A stretch of 64,000 nucleotides of DNA, taken from Lama guanicoe. Lineage: Eukaryota. The translations under genes were made by a program, and so were the position numbers. Location of the stretch: NCBI GenBank assembly GCA_013239625.1, contig MU054843.1, positions 2,381,305 to 2,445,304 on the forward strand, written 5' to 3'. Below the pieces are notes generated by a model that saw only the letters and a program-made list of their open reading frames with translations, searched no databases and was not told the origin of the DNA. Each line of letters begins with the position of its first letter. Position 1 is the stretch's first letter. Positions 1 to 13,540 of this stretch are shown here, piece by piece.

Positions 1-29
1 TGTATACATATCTATAGATTTCATTCTTA

Positions 30-175
30 ATGGTGAGGCAGCAATGGGTATAGTGGAAAGAGCCCTCCTGCTTTTGATCAGACAGTTTGTTTCCAGGCTG
101 ACCAGTTATTAGGTGACATTGGCCAAGCTGCACAACCTCTCTAAGCTTCATCAGTAGATCATATAGCATCATCCG
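30..175 (+). mobile_element. MIR SINE
   Basis: gaggcagc…tagtggaaagagc…gtgacattggccaag…aacctctctaagct. Confidence 0.55.
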
Positions 176-198
176 CAGAGACAGTAGGACAGTATACT

Positions 199-640
199 TG
201 TGTCATTCAGAATCCCAACAGGAAGCCACTGGCCCATGAGGAACATAACTTCTGTCGTCCGCAGTTAGGTAACTTACAGAAGTGTGGTTGTAGGGAAATC
301 ATAGGTCTAGTGTAGTAACTTGGACCTGGTCGCACCAGAACTGATGCACATCCTCAGGTCCAGAAAAATAAGAACAGGAAGCAGCCAACAGAACCTGGCA
401 GGAGAGCCGTTTCTAGTTCAGTGGCTTTGAAAGGAGTCATGGCCTTCAGTTCAGGGGCTAAGCAGCCCGAGGTGCCCTTGTGGGGCTGGAACCAAACAAA
501 ACCTTGACCTCCTGCCACTGCCCTGCTGGGATTCCCCATTGGCCAAACTCTACCAGCAGCTAGAGGGCAAGGGAGCATATTGACTGAGTCCATATGAGTC
601 GGCCTCCTGGGGCAGAAGGCAAGGTAGAGGAGGGCGCGCT
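199..640. mobile_element. Old MaLR/ERVL-like LTR relic
   Basis: tcccaacaggaag… start and cccattggccaaactc…ccagcagctagagggcaagggagc core. Confidence 0.45.
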
Positions 641-3600
641 GGAGCTCCCGGGGCTCCTAGGAAAGCTGTCTTCACGCTGCTGCTTAAGGTTATGATTCGG
701 AGTAAGTTAGCACAGTACAGGTCTCCACTGAAAGGCACTCACTGAATATTTTTTCTCTTCTTTCTTGACTCATCTTGACTTTTATCCACTGTTAGAAGAT
801 CAGCCTTCCAAAAACCACTTCCAACTACAGTTATTTCATTGAGTGACCTGGAGATTTTGACCAAAAAAATTACCCCAAATTCCTTTCCTTAGCCTGACGT
901 TAATCAGTTAACCTACACCTTTTAGCATCTTGCTAAAATTCAAATTTGTTGAGCTAAATAACAACTTTAGATATGGAAGTAGGCAGTAAACGTTTCTAGT
1001 ATTATTTCTTTGCAGATTTACATAAATTACATGCAAACTGAATCAGTAGCGATATATGTGTGGGTGTGGGTATGTGTGTGTCGACTGGAGAGAAGGATTT
1101 CTGTATTTCATAAGAAAAAAGTGAGGAAGGACCATCTGAAGAAAAGAGAAGAAAACACTTTCAGTACATTCAGATGCTCTCCAAACAATGCAAAGGAAAA
1201 AAATTCTGTTAAGAGAATGATTTTCTTTTTTTTTATAAACACAAATGAGACTTCATCATTTTTGTCTACTCCGTCAGGAGAGAAGGAACTAATTAAGGAC
1301 AATTGATAAGATTCAAAATACATCAAAAGGAGAATCCATTCACTAATTAATGTATATTCTAATTACAACTATCAGTTTCTTTCTTTATTTAGATATAATC
1401 ACAGAGTTCTTGCCTCCCTAGTGGGGGTGACATCTAGGAAAAGAATAAGTTGATGAGAAAGAAGTGAGTTATCACAAATATACCATCATCAGATAGAAGC
1501 TCAACTTCTGTTCTCGTTCTATTTATTTATTTATTTTTATGCAATATGTGATCTCTAATGTTACACATGCTTTGCCTCAAGACTAGGATATAAATTAGTG
1601 AGGGCTCTTTTCTTATCTGTTACTAAGTGAAAATATTAAGAATTATAATAATTCTGTGCAAATCTGATTTCCATAATGAAGGAGATAATAAATAGTCATT
1701 TAATATCCTAATTACATTCTTTCCAATAAGTAAATAATAACAGGGAACAAGAGAAAAATGAGAGGAATTTTAGGGAACAGAGTATCAGAAAAAAATTAAA
1801 ACTTAAATTTAAAGGAAGATGTTTGTTAGAAGAAAAAAGAAAAGAAGTTTGAAAAATTTTTGTTGGAAAATTCTAAAAATCAAATATAAGTGCTTTAGGC
1901 AAAATGTCATAATTCAGATGTTAAGAACAGATCCCAGCCAAGTTTGAGTATCTAGGAATTATTGCTAAAGCTTGATTTCATTGCTGACCTCGAGATACAT
2001 CTGTACAAAGACATTAAGGTTAGTATGTAGAAATAAGGCAGATGTTTTAAAAGGGCCAGAAGGTGGGCTTAACCAGGGGATGTGAAAACCAAACTGACAG
2101 ATTGTGCTCTAGTCACGTACAACAGAAATGTTAATTTCACAGTGCATGAGATTTTAAAGCTAGAGAGGAAAACTTGCCATGGGTTTTTTCCATAATTAGG
2201 ACTAAATAATAAAATCCAAGAGAAGGTAAGAGATGATTTGGCTGTTAACAAACAGGTGTCGTCTAGTGCCATGGGTACCCCATGCTGCACTGCCCCCCAC
2301 TGCTGCCATAGAAATGGGGATATGTCTTCTCCCTCCACTGTTTTGGACCAAGGAAAGGTTAAGAACTACCAGGTTTTCGTATCCCACCTATTTGATGTTA
2401 CCACCTACATGTTTAACACTTTAGTGGTTCTTTTGTTTAGAGCAGGCAGATCCACAAATCAATCATTTCCATATTTTCTCTGTTACATAGATTTAAGGTA
2501 TATGCACCCCCTCCTATTTCTCAAAATATTTCAAGAAGTTCAGAAATTTGAGAGCAGGAAGGACCAAATAAAACAGACCATCTGTAGAAGAGAGGCACGA
2601 GGTATTTTCAGGTTCTTGAGTCAAGCAGATCTCAGTGCTAAATAAACTTCAGGAATTCCTATCCAAAGCCTATTTTATCTTTGCAGGTAAAGCTCAAATA
2701 ACACCTATTCTGCAAAGCTCCTAATCAAAATTAATCTCTTCCTACAGCTCAGTGAAGAACTTCCATTTAAAATTCAGTTCATTCATTGTATCCAACTCTT
2801 GCACAAGGCTGTGAACTTAAGGGCGGACCCTTACGCTTGTTTTTTACTGTCCTTTGTGCCCTGCATCACCTCATCGGTACCCGAGGCACAGTTTCTTGTC
2901 AGTAAATTTTTAATGAAGAATCAAAAAATGGCAAAAAGGAAAATATTTTGGAATATGTGTGTTTTTTTTTAATTTATAGAAGAAATGTGTGTTTTTTATT
3001 TCAGTTTGAAATATATCTAAAGAGGTAGCTACAAGAAAAATGTATAAAATAAGGACTGTATAATGGCCATTATGTGAAATAAGAGATGTCTTGCATTGTG
3101 ATTTTCCAAAAGATACACAGTGTTTGAATGAGAACACAGTGAGAAGACAGCTTATTTATGAGATTAGAAGACAGAACATTCAGTCATGGCTCAGTGACAT
3201 AAGCTGTGTGACATCAGGCTGATATGATCAGGGAACTTTGCTTTATCCCCAGTCTGTAATAAATTCAGTTTCTCTGTCTCTAGCCCAGATCTCTTTCCAA
3301 GATTGAAACTGCCACATCATTCCCCTGCTTAAAACTCTTTAGTAGCTGCTTACTATTTATAAGATGAAGTCCAGGTTCCTTAACAAAGGGAACCAGCTGT
3401 CTCCTCGGTGCTCTGTTCTTCCTTCTGTACCACTGCATTGAAGGTCGAGGAGATCCAGTCCCCAGCTGCAATTTTTCTTTGCCCAGCATCCCTCACCCCG
3501 GGGAGTTACGCCTCACGACCTGAACTGTGTGCTGGGATTTCCACGCTTCATGCTTTTGTTCGTTCCTTCCTCCTTTAGGCTGGGGTTGTCTCTTTCATTC

Positions 3601-4302
3601 TCTTCCCTCATACTGGTTTATCTAACCCCTGCTCCTCTTTTAAATATTAGTATATGCCTTCCCTTCTTCCAGAAAATTCTTTTGGTGCCTTTTTGCTGCT
3701 CCTTTTTGTTGCTATATAATACCCTGGGCATGTTTTTATTATTGGGTTATTCTTTTTTTTAATGTGTGGTCTTCTCCATTACTCTGTATACCTCTTGAGG
3801 TCGGGGACTATGTGGGTCACTTGTGTTTGCATAGAGGTCAGCAGATATGTAGGAATGAATGAAATGTTCGTATTATAACTGCTTGCTGGATGTTTCTTCT
3901 CGAAAAGTCCACTAGTACCCAAAAATCGTTATGCACAAAATGGAACCCATTATTGCTAAATCTGCTAACCAACTTCTCAGCTTCCTCAATATATGCAGTC
4001 ATTTCACACTTCAAACCTGAACTGTGGTTTCCAGTTTGTTTTTCTGTGCTCACTGGAGTCATCAGCTCCAAGTACATCTTTTCACAGTCTTCTTCTATAA
4101 ATACCTTTGTTTCTGTGTGTATCATTCTCTCCCCTAGAAGACACCAAAAGATTCCTCAGTATTCTCCATGCTTCTGATTTCTTCATTGCTCATAATCTGT
4201 TTTGTACAATGTCAGATTTTAAAAATATTACCATTATTACACTAGTACTACATTATTACCTGTTCAGTGCACAGAGACTGAAATCAAAAGTAAGCCAAAA
4301 AA

Positions 4303-4427
4303 GGAGGCTGGGTGTAGCTAAATGGTAGAGCCCATGCTTAGTTAGCTAAATCTTTTTTTTAGAAGTCCTGGATTGAATCCCCAGTACCTCCATTAAAACA
4401 AACAGACAATAAAGTAAACTTTTTTAA
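4303..4427 (+). mobile_element. tRNA-derived camelid SINE (vic-1-like)
   Basis: A-box-like gtagctaaatggtagag, B-box-like ggattgaatcccc, agtacctccatt tail; TSD AAAAGTAAGCC (4286-4296) / AAAGGTAAGCC (4428-4438). Confidence 0.8.
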
Positions 4428-5959
4428 AAAGGTAAGCCGAGAGGGAAACAGTCATGACCCACGATATCTCCACTTAGAGTTAACTACACGTAATCTTTGG
4501 TGTGTAGCCTGCATTTCTGTGCATATAAAATTTTAAGATCATACTGTCTATACCAAATTAATTTTCAAAAAGCAGAGTTTTGATTATTCCTTGCTCGTAA
4601 AGGCTGGTAGTTACTGACAGATAAAAAGTTGGCATTCTGCAACATAGAGCCCATTTTACTTCAGTTACATGCACGAACCACTGATTGAATTAAATTATTA
4701 TCCAGTCTGTTTCTTGAAAACAGCTTGGAGTTGTTTTCCCCACTACTGTGCCTTTGCACAGAAGTCCAAATGCTTGACCTTTTCACCAGCTCAGCCTTTA
4801 GCCAATTTTTCAAGACTTAACTGTGTGATGGTCTTTTCCGTGGGGCCTTTCCCGACGTCCCGGTCAGACATGACATCTGTCTTGACTCTGAGTTTTGCTT
4901 GCCCTTTCTTTGTATCAGCCAGGCTGCCTTGTCTGTCCTACAGTTATTTGCGTAACTCTATTACCTCCCCTAGTAAAATGCAAATTCTGTCTGTGTTTGG
5001 GGATCTTACGTCTTGTGCAGAAACACTTAATACATATTGAATGAAAGCAATGACAAAGGACCGAATGTTCTAACTTAATGAAGAGATTTATATAAAGTAG
5101 ACACCACACTTACTGCATCAGATTTCTTACAAGAACGTGGGAGAAGTTCTGGGTGTCATTCAGTTCACAGTGAATTTCTCCTCTGTTGCTAATGAAAAAC
5201 TGTGCTATCATTTCTGGGTTCCAGATGTAGGGAGTCGGAAAACAGATTTATGTGTACCAATCTTAAAGCTGTCATAAAGCTGCTATCATCAGCTGCTATA
5301 ATCAAAATAAAGGTTGTCAGTAGATTCAAATTTTTGTCCATGAAATGTCCTAATATACCTACCCAAGAGAGATCCAGATAGACAGCTAAATTCCATCTAT
5401 TGCCTTATTTTCTCTCTCACAGCCTTTTAAGTAAATTGATTTATTTTTCATTAAAATTTTAGTAATCTTTTCTGTATTCCTGGGAACAGAAGTAATTTTT
5501 GTATTGGATAGTTTCATTTTTCCTTCATTTTTCTAGTCAGATGTATCATTTCCCTACTGATATCATTCTTGCTCTATTTCTTTTTTTTGTTTTTTAATTT
5601 TATTGCTTTCTAGTCTGTATGCTATATTGTAATAAATGCCCTAATGCCACTAGTCATTCATGTATCCAAGCCCTGCCCACTGACCAAAGCAAATGGAAGT
5701 TGGTTTTTCCTTTATTATCATACAGTCTTCATAGTTGAAGCCAGCTGAATGCCTCTGGCCGATTTTAGCCTTCAGCCCACAGCTGTCGTTCTTCCTGGTG
5801 GGCCTCACGGACAATGGAAAAAGAAGCATTTTTCTTAATACTTTCAATCTCAGTCTCTCACTCTTGCGCTCTGTTCTCTCTTCTGCATTAGCTTTGAATG
5901 CTTTTTAAGTGTTGGTGAGTGTGTAATATTTGGCGATAGCAAACCCTACCATTTGACCG

Positions 5960-7110
5960 GGAAAGAGAGTGAGGGGGCAGTGATGGGACGTGACTGGAGA
6001 GGATGTTTAGGTTTGGGTTATGAAGAACCCAGCTATTCCACTCCAGGGACATTGGATTTTATTCTGCAAGTGAAAGGAAGGGCATTTGCATCACTCTAGC
6101 AGGGCAGAGAACAGTCTTATAGGAAGGATGGTGGGGATAAGTGAAGAGATAGATCAGTTATAATGTCATAGCAATAGCCTAGGTCAGCGTTTCTCACTAC
6201 AAAAAATGCATTTGATACAGTGACTTGGGAAAGGGCAAGGCTTACATCGTGTGGTACAGTTAGTACTCCCTGTCCTTCTCTCTTCCAATTTCACTGAAAA
6301 GTGCTAGCCTGGACAACCTAATTAATTTCAAAGCACGCTAACTGTACACCGCCTGCAACTTGAAAATCACTCGTTTAGATGAATGATAAGGAAGACCTAA
6401 ATGATGGTAAGGGCATCAGATGGAGAGAAGGCAAAAATGGGGAGAACTAGGAAAGTAGAAGCAAGATAATTTGATGATTTGCTGGATTTGGAAACATGCA
6501 CTAGCCAAGAATTACTGAAGTTTTCTTGTTGGTAGAGAGAGTAGATGGTGGTACTTCAAACTGAGGTATTGATAGAGTAGAAAAGAGCAGTCTTGGGGTA
6601 AATTAAATGCAGTTTTGAATAGACCACTTTTGTGACTTCTGTAAGAAAACCACAGTTAGGGAAAGATGTAAGGACTGGAGATGCAGTTTTAGGAATCAGC
6701 ATGTGGGTGACAGTTACAACAATGGGAGAGACTAGAGTGAGTCTGCATATCATGAGAAGAGAGCTCACCGAGAAGTGAATTGTGGATAAAACCAGGATTG
6801 AAATGGGAGGCCAGGGAAGAGGGTGCAATGAATGAGACTGAGAATTAAGAAGCAAAGGGCCAACTCCGGAGTGAAAAGATGACACAGCTTCAAGAAAAAG
6901 AGCCGTCCGCTGTGCCACTTGCCGCAGGCACAGAGGATACAGCCTCCTGAATTCATCAGCCGGAAGGCCACGGGCAGCCATTGTCAGTACTTTTCAGTAG
7001 AGCAGTAGGATCTGAAGAATGATTGCAGTGGGTTGAGGAAAAAATGAGAAGTTAAAATACATTACAGACAATTCTTAATCAAAGTCAAATTTAAATTGAA
7101 AGGAGTAGAG
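5960..7110 (-). mobile_element. L2 LINE fragments
   Basis: Purine-rich degenerate L2 (ggactggagatgcagttttaggaatcagcatgtggg…gattgcagtgggttgagga). Confidence 0.6.
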
Positions 7111-8936
7111 ATGATAGTATGTAGGCTGTATGTCTGTTAAGGCAAGAATATCTTATTCAACATTGTGTCCAAAGTACAGAGGGCGTAGGAAGTGTGTTGA
7201 CTGTACCAGAAGTGCCATAGAGAGAACAAACATGTTAGGAAATTTAGGGTGGAGATCCATGGTGGACGGCATCTGAAATTGGGAAGCCACCAAGAACCAA
7301 AACTGTTCTAAGACCTGCCACTCTTCCCACTTCTCTCCAGGCACTCTGGTTCTTTTATTGTGTCTGCTCCATTCTCCTTTTGTCGGTCTGTTTTGTTTTC
7401 CATAAGCTACATCCTTGAGGAGTTAGCCCAGCTGACTTGGTAAAACACAGTTACCTCCTTTGGGCTGAGCCTTCAAGCCAGGTTGCTTCCACAGCCTTGG
7501 CTCAGGATTTTGGATGGCTTACCTTACCCTTGGTACAGTGACTAACCAGATTTTTACAGAAATCAAGCTAACATATTTTACTTGCTTAATAAAATATATC
7601 TTTACTTTGCCACAAAACATCTGATTAGATCTGCATAATTCTAAAGCATTTCACTTTACATGTCCTCTAGTTCTTAACATGGCACTTACTGTTTGGTCTC
7701 CTGAGAAAATATTTATAACTGGGCTTTGTATCACATATCCTATACTTTTTTTTTTCACAATAATGTTTCACCATTGGGTGCTTTATATATACACATTTGT
7801 GTGTATTTGTGTGTGTGTGTGTTTGGGTAAGAACTAACCAAGTAGACAACGTTGGGCCATTTCTTAGGAATTTAAACTTAATACAAATGCAGTTATCACT
7901 AGTTTTTTAAGCAGTTGATTATGCAAGGACCTACGTTCTCATTGCTGTATGTCGTCTGTTTTCATTTTCCTGTATTGTGCTATTTCAGGAGAATTTAAGT
8001 ATGGTGAGGAAAAGACAGGGGTGCACACTAATCTTTGAGACACTGTGCTTGTACCCATTGTTATCTATTTTGAAGTAATTGTCACTTCTCTAAAGTTTCT
8101 GTCTTGAAGTCATTTTTATGAAGTAAAATTAATTCATCATCCATTCTACTCTGAATATTACCATGGAAGTTTAAAAATGCATTCTTGGGAAATTCTTATT
8201 GCCCAAGTAAGTTTATTTGAGGGAATGAATTATCATCTAAAATGTAATTATTTCTTTCTAAAGGACTTAGTAATTGCTGTCCTTTAATGTTATTTTTTCA
8301 CTTCTATTGCTTAGCTAAACTTGGCAGACTTACATTCTTATATGAAGTACCGGCATAAATAAAACTATGTTATAGTCAGACTAAATAGAGCAACCAGTGA
8401 TAAGAAAAAAATATGCAGCACTCATTACAACAGAATAATAATTAGAAGGCAGGCATGGCAAAGGAGCGATGGTAGAAAGTGCAGTGATTTTTCTAGAGTC
8501 TCACTGATCAGCAAATAAAGAAATGATTGAAGTTGGAGTAGAGTTAAGAAGTCCAGAACCCAAGGGACATAAACCTGAACTTATTATTTTCTTTCTCAGT
8601 GGGCTTCATGTAACAACTGCTGGGGGAAATGTTTGCAAGGCCAAGGACACTGGGGTGCTTCCTGCCTCTCAGGCGATGCTTTGTGTGGGGTTAAAAAAGT
8701 TAAAGTTAAAAATGAAGGGGCAAATCAGGGCATGATGTAGAGTAGAAGAAGCCGGTGCTTAGTAATGCTAGCACGTTATTAAATACAACTGGGAAATGAC
8801 TGTCTTTGGATCTTGATTCCCTTGCACTATTTTTCAGATATCAGGTAGCATTTCTAAGCTGTTTTAAATGCTTTGGGGATGTTTTTGAATGTTTCATCTT
8901 TCTGAATGTTTTATGTTTCTATGTTTTGTGTTTTAG

Positions 8937-9039
8937 CTATGAGGATGGCCAAGTGGGAGACGCAAATATTAACACACAAGAAGGAGGCATTCACAAAGAG
9001 ATCCTTCGAGTAATTGGTAATCAAACTGCTACTGGTTAA
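8937..9039 (+). CDS. Terminal coding exon of an unidentified spliced gene (…YEDGQVGDANINTQEGGIHKEILRVIGNQTATG*)
   Basis: Long U-rich tract ending gttttgtgttttAG (8935-8936); 33 open codons of protein-like composition ending TAA at 9037-9039; followed by a repeat-poor AU-rich 4.5 kb region with a canonical poly(A) site. No upstream coding exon recognised in 1-8936. Confidence 0.75.
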
Positions 9040-12000
9040 AGGACCACCATTTAAAATTAACGTGATTTGAAAGCCTTCCTCGGGTTCAAAGCTGGATTTT
9101 GAACTGAAGAAGATGATAAAAATAATTTATTGTTATTATAAACAAAATTAACCCTTTGAATACTGATTTTTTTCTTAGTATTTCTAAGTATCTCATAAAT
9201 ACCTAAAATGGTACAAAATTTATCAATTGTAGGGTTATGGAATCTAGTAATAAAATTACAACAGCACTTAAACTGAAGTTTGGGTTGCTCACACAATAAA
9301 CAGATTGAAAAAACAGTTTTGTGCTGATATTTTTATATTAAACTCTTTAATTGGAAATTTGGTATTATATACCTACATTTTAGGGCACCAAAATAGAATT
9401 GAGAACATTTTATATTGGCATCTAAATCTGTAAGATCCTTTGCAATAAGTATAATGTTTGCACATTCTCATGTGCTGTATAATTAGCAGTATGAACGTTC
9501 AAATGTTTTGGGGAGGGATGTTTCCTCTTCTGTTATTTTTCTTTATACAAAAACAACTAGGTTTTAGATGCAGTGCTTTGCCCAAAAGTATGTAATATAC
9601 ATATCTATAGATTCATGCATCAGAATGTGTGGTTATGCATATATGTGTGTACATACACATATATGTATTTTAACAACAGAGATGGCACAGCTCCACAACT
9701 CTTTTCTCATTCAATGAAAAGAAAATAATATTCAGTAAGCAGGAAATCTGGACGTAAACCAAGATATGAGCCAAATTCACCACCATTCATTCACTGAAAA
9801 TATTTGCAAACAAGTGTTCTATTTGTTTAAATAATTTTCCCCTTTGGTTAAAATTCAGTTCGTTATAATGTTATGACTTGGGGATCATAGACACCCCTGG
9901 TGGACTAAATCTGTATTCGAATGATCATATGTTGAAAAGAAAGGCCTCAGAATTTAAACATACAGTATATATATATATTTTTTATTTCCTATAATGAACA
10001 TTTTTTACATTTATTTATACCACACCAGCATTTTTATATTTTTTCATCTAATATTTATGCTTATTTTTTTCATATTGAGAAAGAAGACAAACTTTGAAGT
10101 TTCTTTTATATTAAAAGAACACAAATAAGTTTACAGAGAACAGTAACACCAGCTCTCTGCATTTTCCTTTCAAGAGTCATGTGCTCATCAAAACCATTCT
10201 GTTTCTTTAGGTCCTAAAGTTCTTAGTCATTGTAAGTTTTAAGTGACAGTGTTGATTTTCCTACATGATGTTTTGAAATAAGGCCATTCATGAGAGCAGT
10301 TTAATTAGCAAGTCTGCCACTCTTCAGACCCTGAATCAAGGCTCATATCTGATTCTAATTTATTCAGACAGAAAAAAATTAAAATGTATATTCATTTGCA
10401 AGTATAATGTTATAAATTCTTGTGTTTATTTCCTTTGGTGTAAAAGGTGAGAACAAAAGTCATACACATTGTTAAGGGTTGCTATTTAGGAAGTATTTAC
10501 TAATCGTTTGTTTTCTTATATTGTAAATAATTGATATGCCACTTATTTCTGCAAACATAGACTTGAAGTGGTTGAGATATTAATCATTGTGAAAGGATCC
10601 ACTTATAACATTGATCTGTTTTGACTTGTGCCTCTGAATTCAAGGCCAGACTGAAGGATAATATAGGTGTGGTAGGGCCAAGATACAGTATCTTATTTAG
10701 TTTCTGTGACCAGGTATTTGAAGACTTTACATGGGACAAGAAGACTACTTGTTTCTTTCTGCCAAGGCTCCCCAAATCTGCCAGATCCCTTTGACTGTGT
10801 TTTTAAAACAGTTTTAAGCAACAAAATTACTTTTTCAAGTTAATTTTGGGGTCATTCATTTATATATGACATAAATATGAGGATGTAATAGCAGAATTTA
10901 GAAACTGAAATTTTGGAACCCAACCTGTTTGGCCACTAGAACCACTGAAGCACCTCCAAAAACTCTCTCTAGTGCCTCCAAGCATAATTTAAAAATCACT
11001 GATCTAATCCACTCAGTTTACTTAACAGTTGAGTGATCTGTAAGGAGGTATATAGTATTAGAATCTTAACCGGAAGGGTAGCTTGGAGGACTCAAGGGAG
11101 ACTGTTTAGGGGAGACAAAACTCCACAGTGCAAATTTCTACTGCCAACTTAAGAATAAAAATAGATTCATCTATCAGAGAAAGGAAAGTCGTTGATAGTT
11201 TTAGTGCCCATTAAATACTATAGATAACGGACATCTTTTATGATAATTAGATGTCTTCTCATGGTAGTTAACTGAATGTTCTTGCAGTGCAGAATGACAG
11301 ATTTTAGTTTGTTTTGAAAAATTGTGTCAAAGCCTTTGTAAGCCAATATTGTAAGTAAAGCCAATCTTTTAACTGGCCTGTTGATATTGAGAATATTATA
11401 GCATACTGATGCTTATCTTTATTTCTAAAGAATCTGATTTCAGTACCCACCTTTAGTAAATGAAAAGTCAACCTTTCAAAATCCAAGCAGGTCCTTAAAA
11501 TGTATAAGTTTAAATATGATCATGCCTTGATTCAGTCAACCCTGTTAAGATGATATCATTTGACTTAACCTGATGATTCTAAACGTGTGATATTGTACTG
11601 CATTTATATCATCATTTCACGTCTGTTCACTAATGCTTTGTCATAATTCTATTAATTGTGTATCCATTACTACTTAATATTAACCCGTTGAGCAAAGACA
11701 GTCATTTATTTTCATTCTTGAAGTAGGGGAAGAAGGACCTTAATTTGTTAGTTCTACTCTTCCCCTGCATTACTGATCTTGTAAACATTTCACTATGAAT
11801 AATTTGTCCTCTTTCATTGTCCATATACTTAATAAGAGAAGAAAATGGTTGAGCATTCAAGAAGAGAAAAAAGTATTCAGTAGAATACATACAACCTAGT
11901 GCTATGGAATACATTATGTAAGGTACTTCTGGTGCCTTAGATTGCATTATGTTGAAAAGATTTTTATTTTGTTGCTCAGTAGATCTCAGACAAATGTTGG

Positions 12001-13540
12001 ATTTGAAGGTGGTCTTCAAATTTAAATTTTAAATATGAATGCGACATCCTTAAATTTACTATCAAATCCTGTGTAATGTAAGAAACTAAGCCAAACTATT
12101 GTTAATGCTCCAAATGTTTCTCATTGAAAAATTTAAGAGTTTAGAAAAGAAATCCCTCAATTATTCTCCCCTTTCCCCTAAAAGAAAGGAAACTTAATAT
12201 GTAAAGTCTATGAATCTTTAATATCACTGAAGGAATTTTAAGCAGTACTTTATACCGTAATACCATAACTTGCCTTAGGGCATGGGGTTTCAGAAAGTTC
12301 AAAGGAAAACTTCATCATCCTTGTTGAAGTCTGGATGACTTCATCAGGTGGTGATTTAATATGTCATGAAGGGCCCTTCAACCTTGGACTGTCTACCATC
12401 CAAATATGTGGATTTCATGGTGGCGCTTGAAGCACATTTTTAAAATATTACGATGTTATTCTGTTGTCCTGCTGAATTCTTCATTATTACACTACCTCAA
12501 GACAAATGATCATCTGTTTGTTAAGATAAATTGGGTTTCCAGTATAAGGAACAAACAAAATTTTACAAATGGAAGTCATCAAATAATTCAGTCAGAACCA
12601 TGCTGGATCTATATTGTTAGTTACCTCTGGACAATGCAGTAATATGAATATTCCAGTCACCAGTGATGAGTAACATAATTATCACCCAATGGGTTTTGTG
12701 AAGGGGCTTCAAGTTGCAAAATTTGAAATTAATTCATTCTCTTTTAGGATTGGTTTTCCACATGGGCCAATTTTATGTCCGTTCACTTAAAGTCACAGAG
12801 AATTTGCCCAATGTAAGCAATTAAAGAACTGAGATGCCCAACTGCTAAGCCAGAATGGCAGATTGAATACTCAAGTATTCTGGCATTGAATGTCAGCTAA
12901 ATTTTTGTCCGATTATATATACATTTGATGTATATTATTACCCAGTACATTTTTCTTGGTAATTTTGTATACACTATGATATATTAGGGTAAGTTTTTGT
13001 AGTTCAAAAGAATTTCAAGTAGTTTTTAGACAAAACATATCCATGAGTGTGAAAAAGCTGTGTTGAAGAATAGATTACATTACACATTTACCAGCAAGTC
13101 AGTAAAAAATAGTGCTTATTTACATAGTCAACATAATTTAATGGTCTAAAAATAATTTCTTCAATCTGCCCAGTATTTAATGTATCAGTTGGATTTTAAA
13201 AAATGCAGCCACTCCTTTATGTAAACATCAGGATATGCCTGTGTTCCTTTAATGATACAGCCTTCTTTACATTACATTTCTTGACTTTTGTGCACAAAAT
13301 AGTATTGCAACTTGCTATTTAGCCTTCAGTGCCTTCGAGTTATTATAAATATTTAACGATCTGTACATAATGTAAATACTGCCAAAAGATCACTAAGGCC
13401 AAATATTTTCTCTATTCACTTTTTATTGCACTTGCTTTCTATTGCTACTTAAGCCTCTTTTATCCAGCTTTGTAATAGTTATAACATTGTAGCCAATGTA
13501 AATGTTTACTTTCAATAAATCTGAATTTGTTCACCAAGTC
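9040..13540 (+). other. Long 3' UTR of the + strand gene
   Basis: AU-rich, nearly free of interspersed repeats compared with flanks; contains UGUA/Pumilio motifs and miRNA seed matches; ends at AATAAA followed by a GU-rich element. Confidence 0.65.
13514..13519 (+). terminator. Polyadenylation signal AATAAA
   Basis: AATAAA preceded by several TGTA motifs (13362-13500) and followed ~20 nt later by GU-rich gtctggtatatgtggg. Confidence 0.65.

Noticed and set aside
5-20. 16-mer TACATATCTATAGATT also present at 9598-9613
   Set aside because: AT-rich low-complexity match with no extension.
1005-5440. Isolated acceptor-like sites (near 1015, 2686, 5421) as upstream exons of the + gene
   Set aside because: No convincing donor and open frame pairing.
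9635-9668. 14-bp stem hairpin in the 3' UTR
   Set aside because: Low-complexity (TA/TG/CA) sequence is self-complementary by chance.
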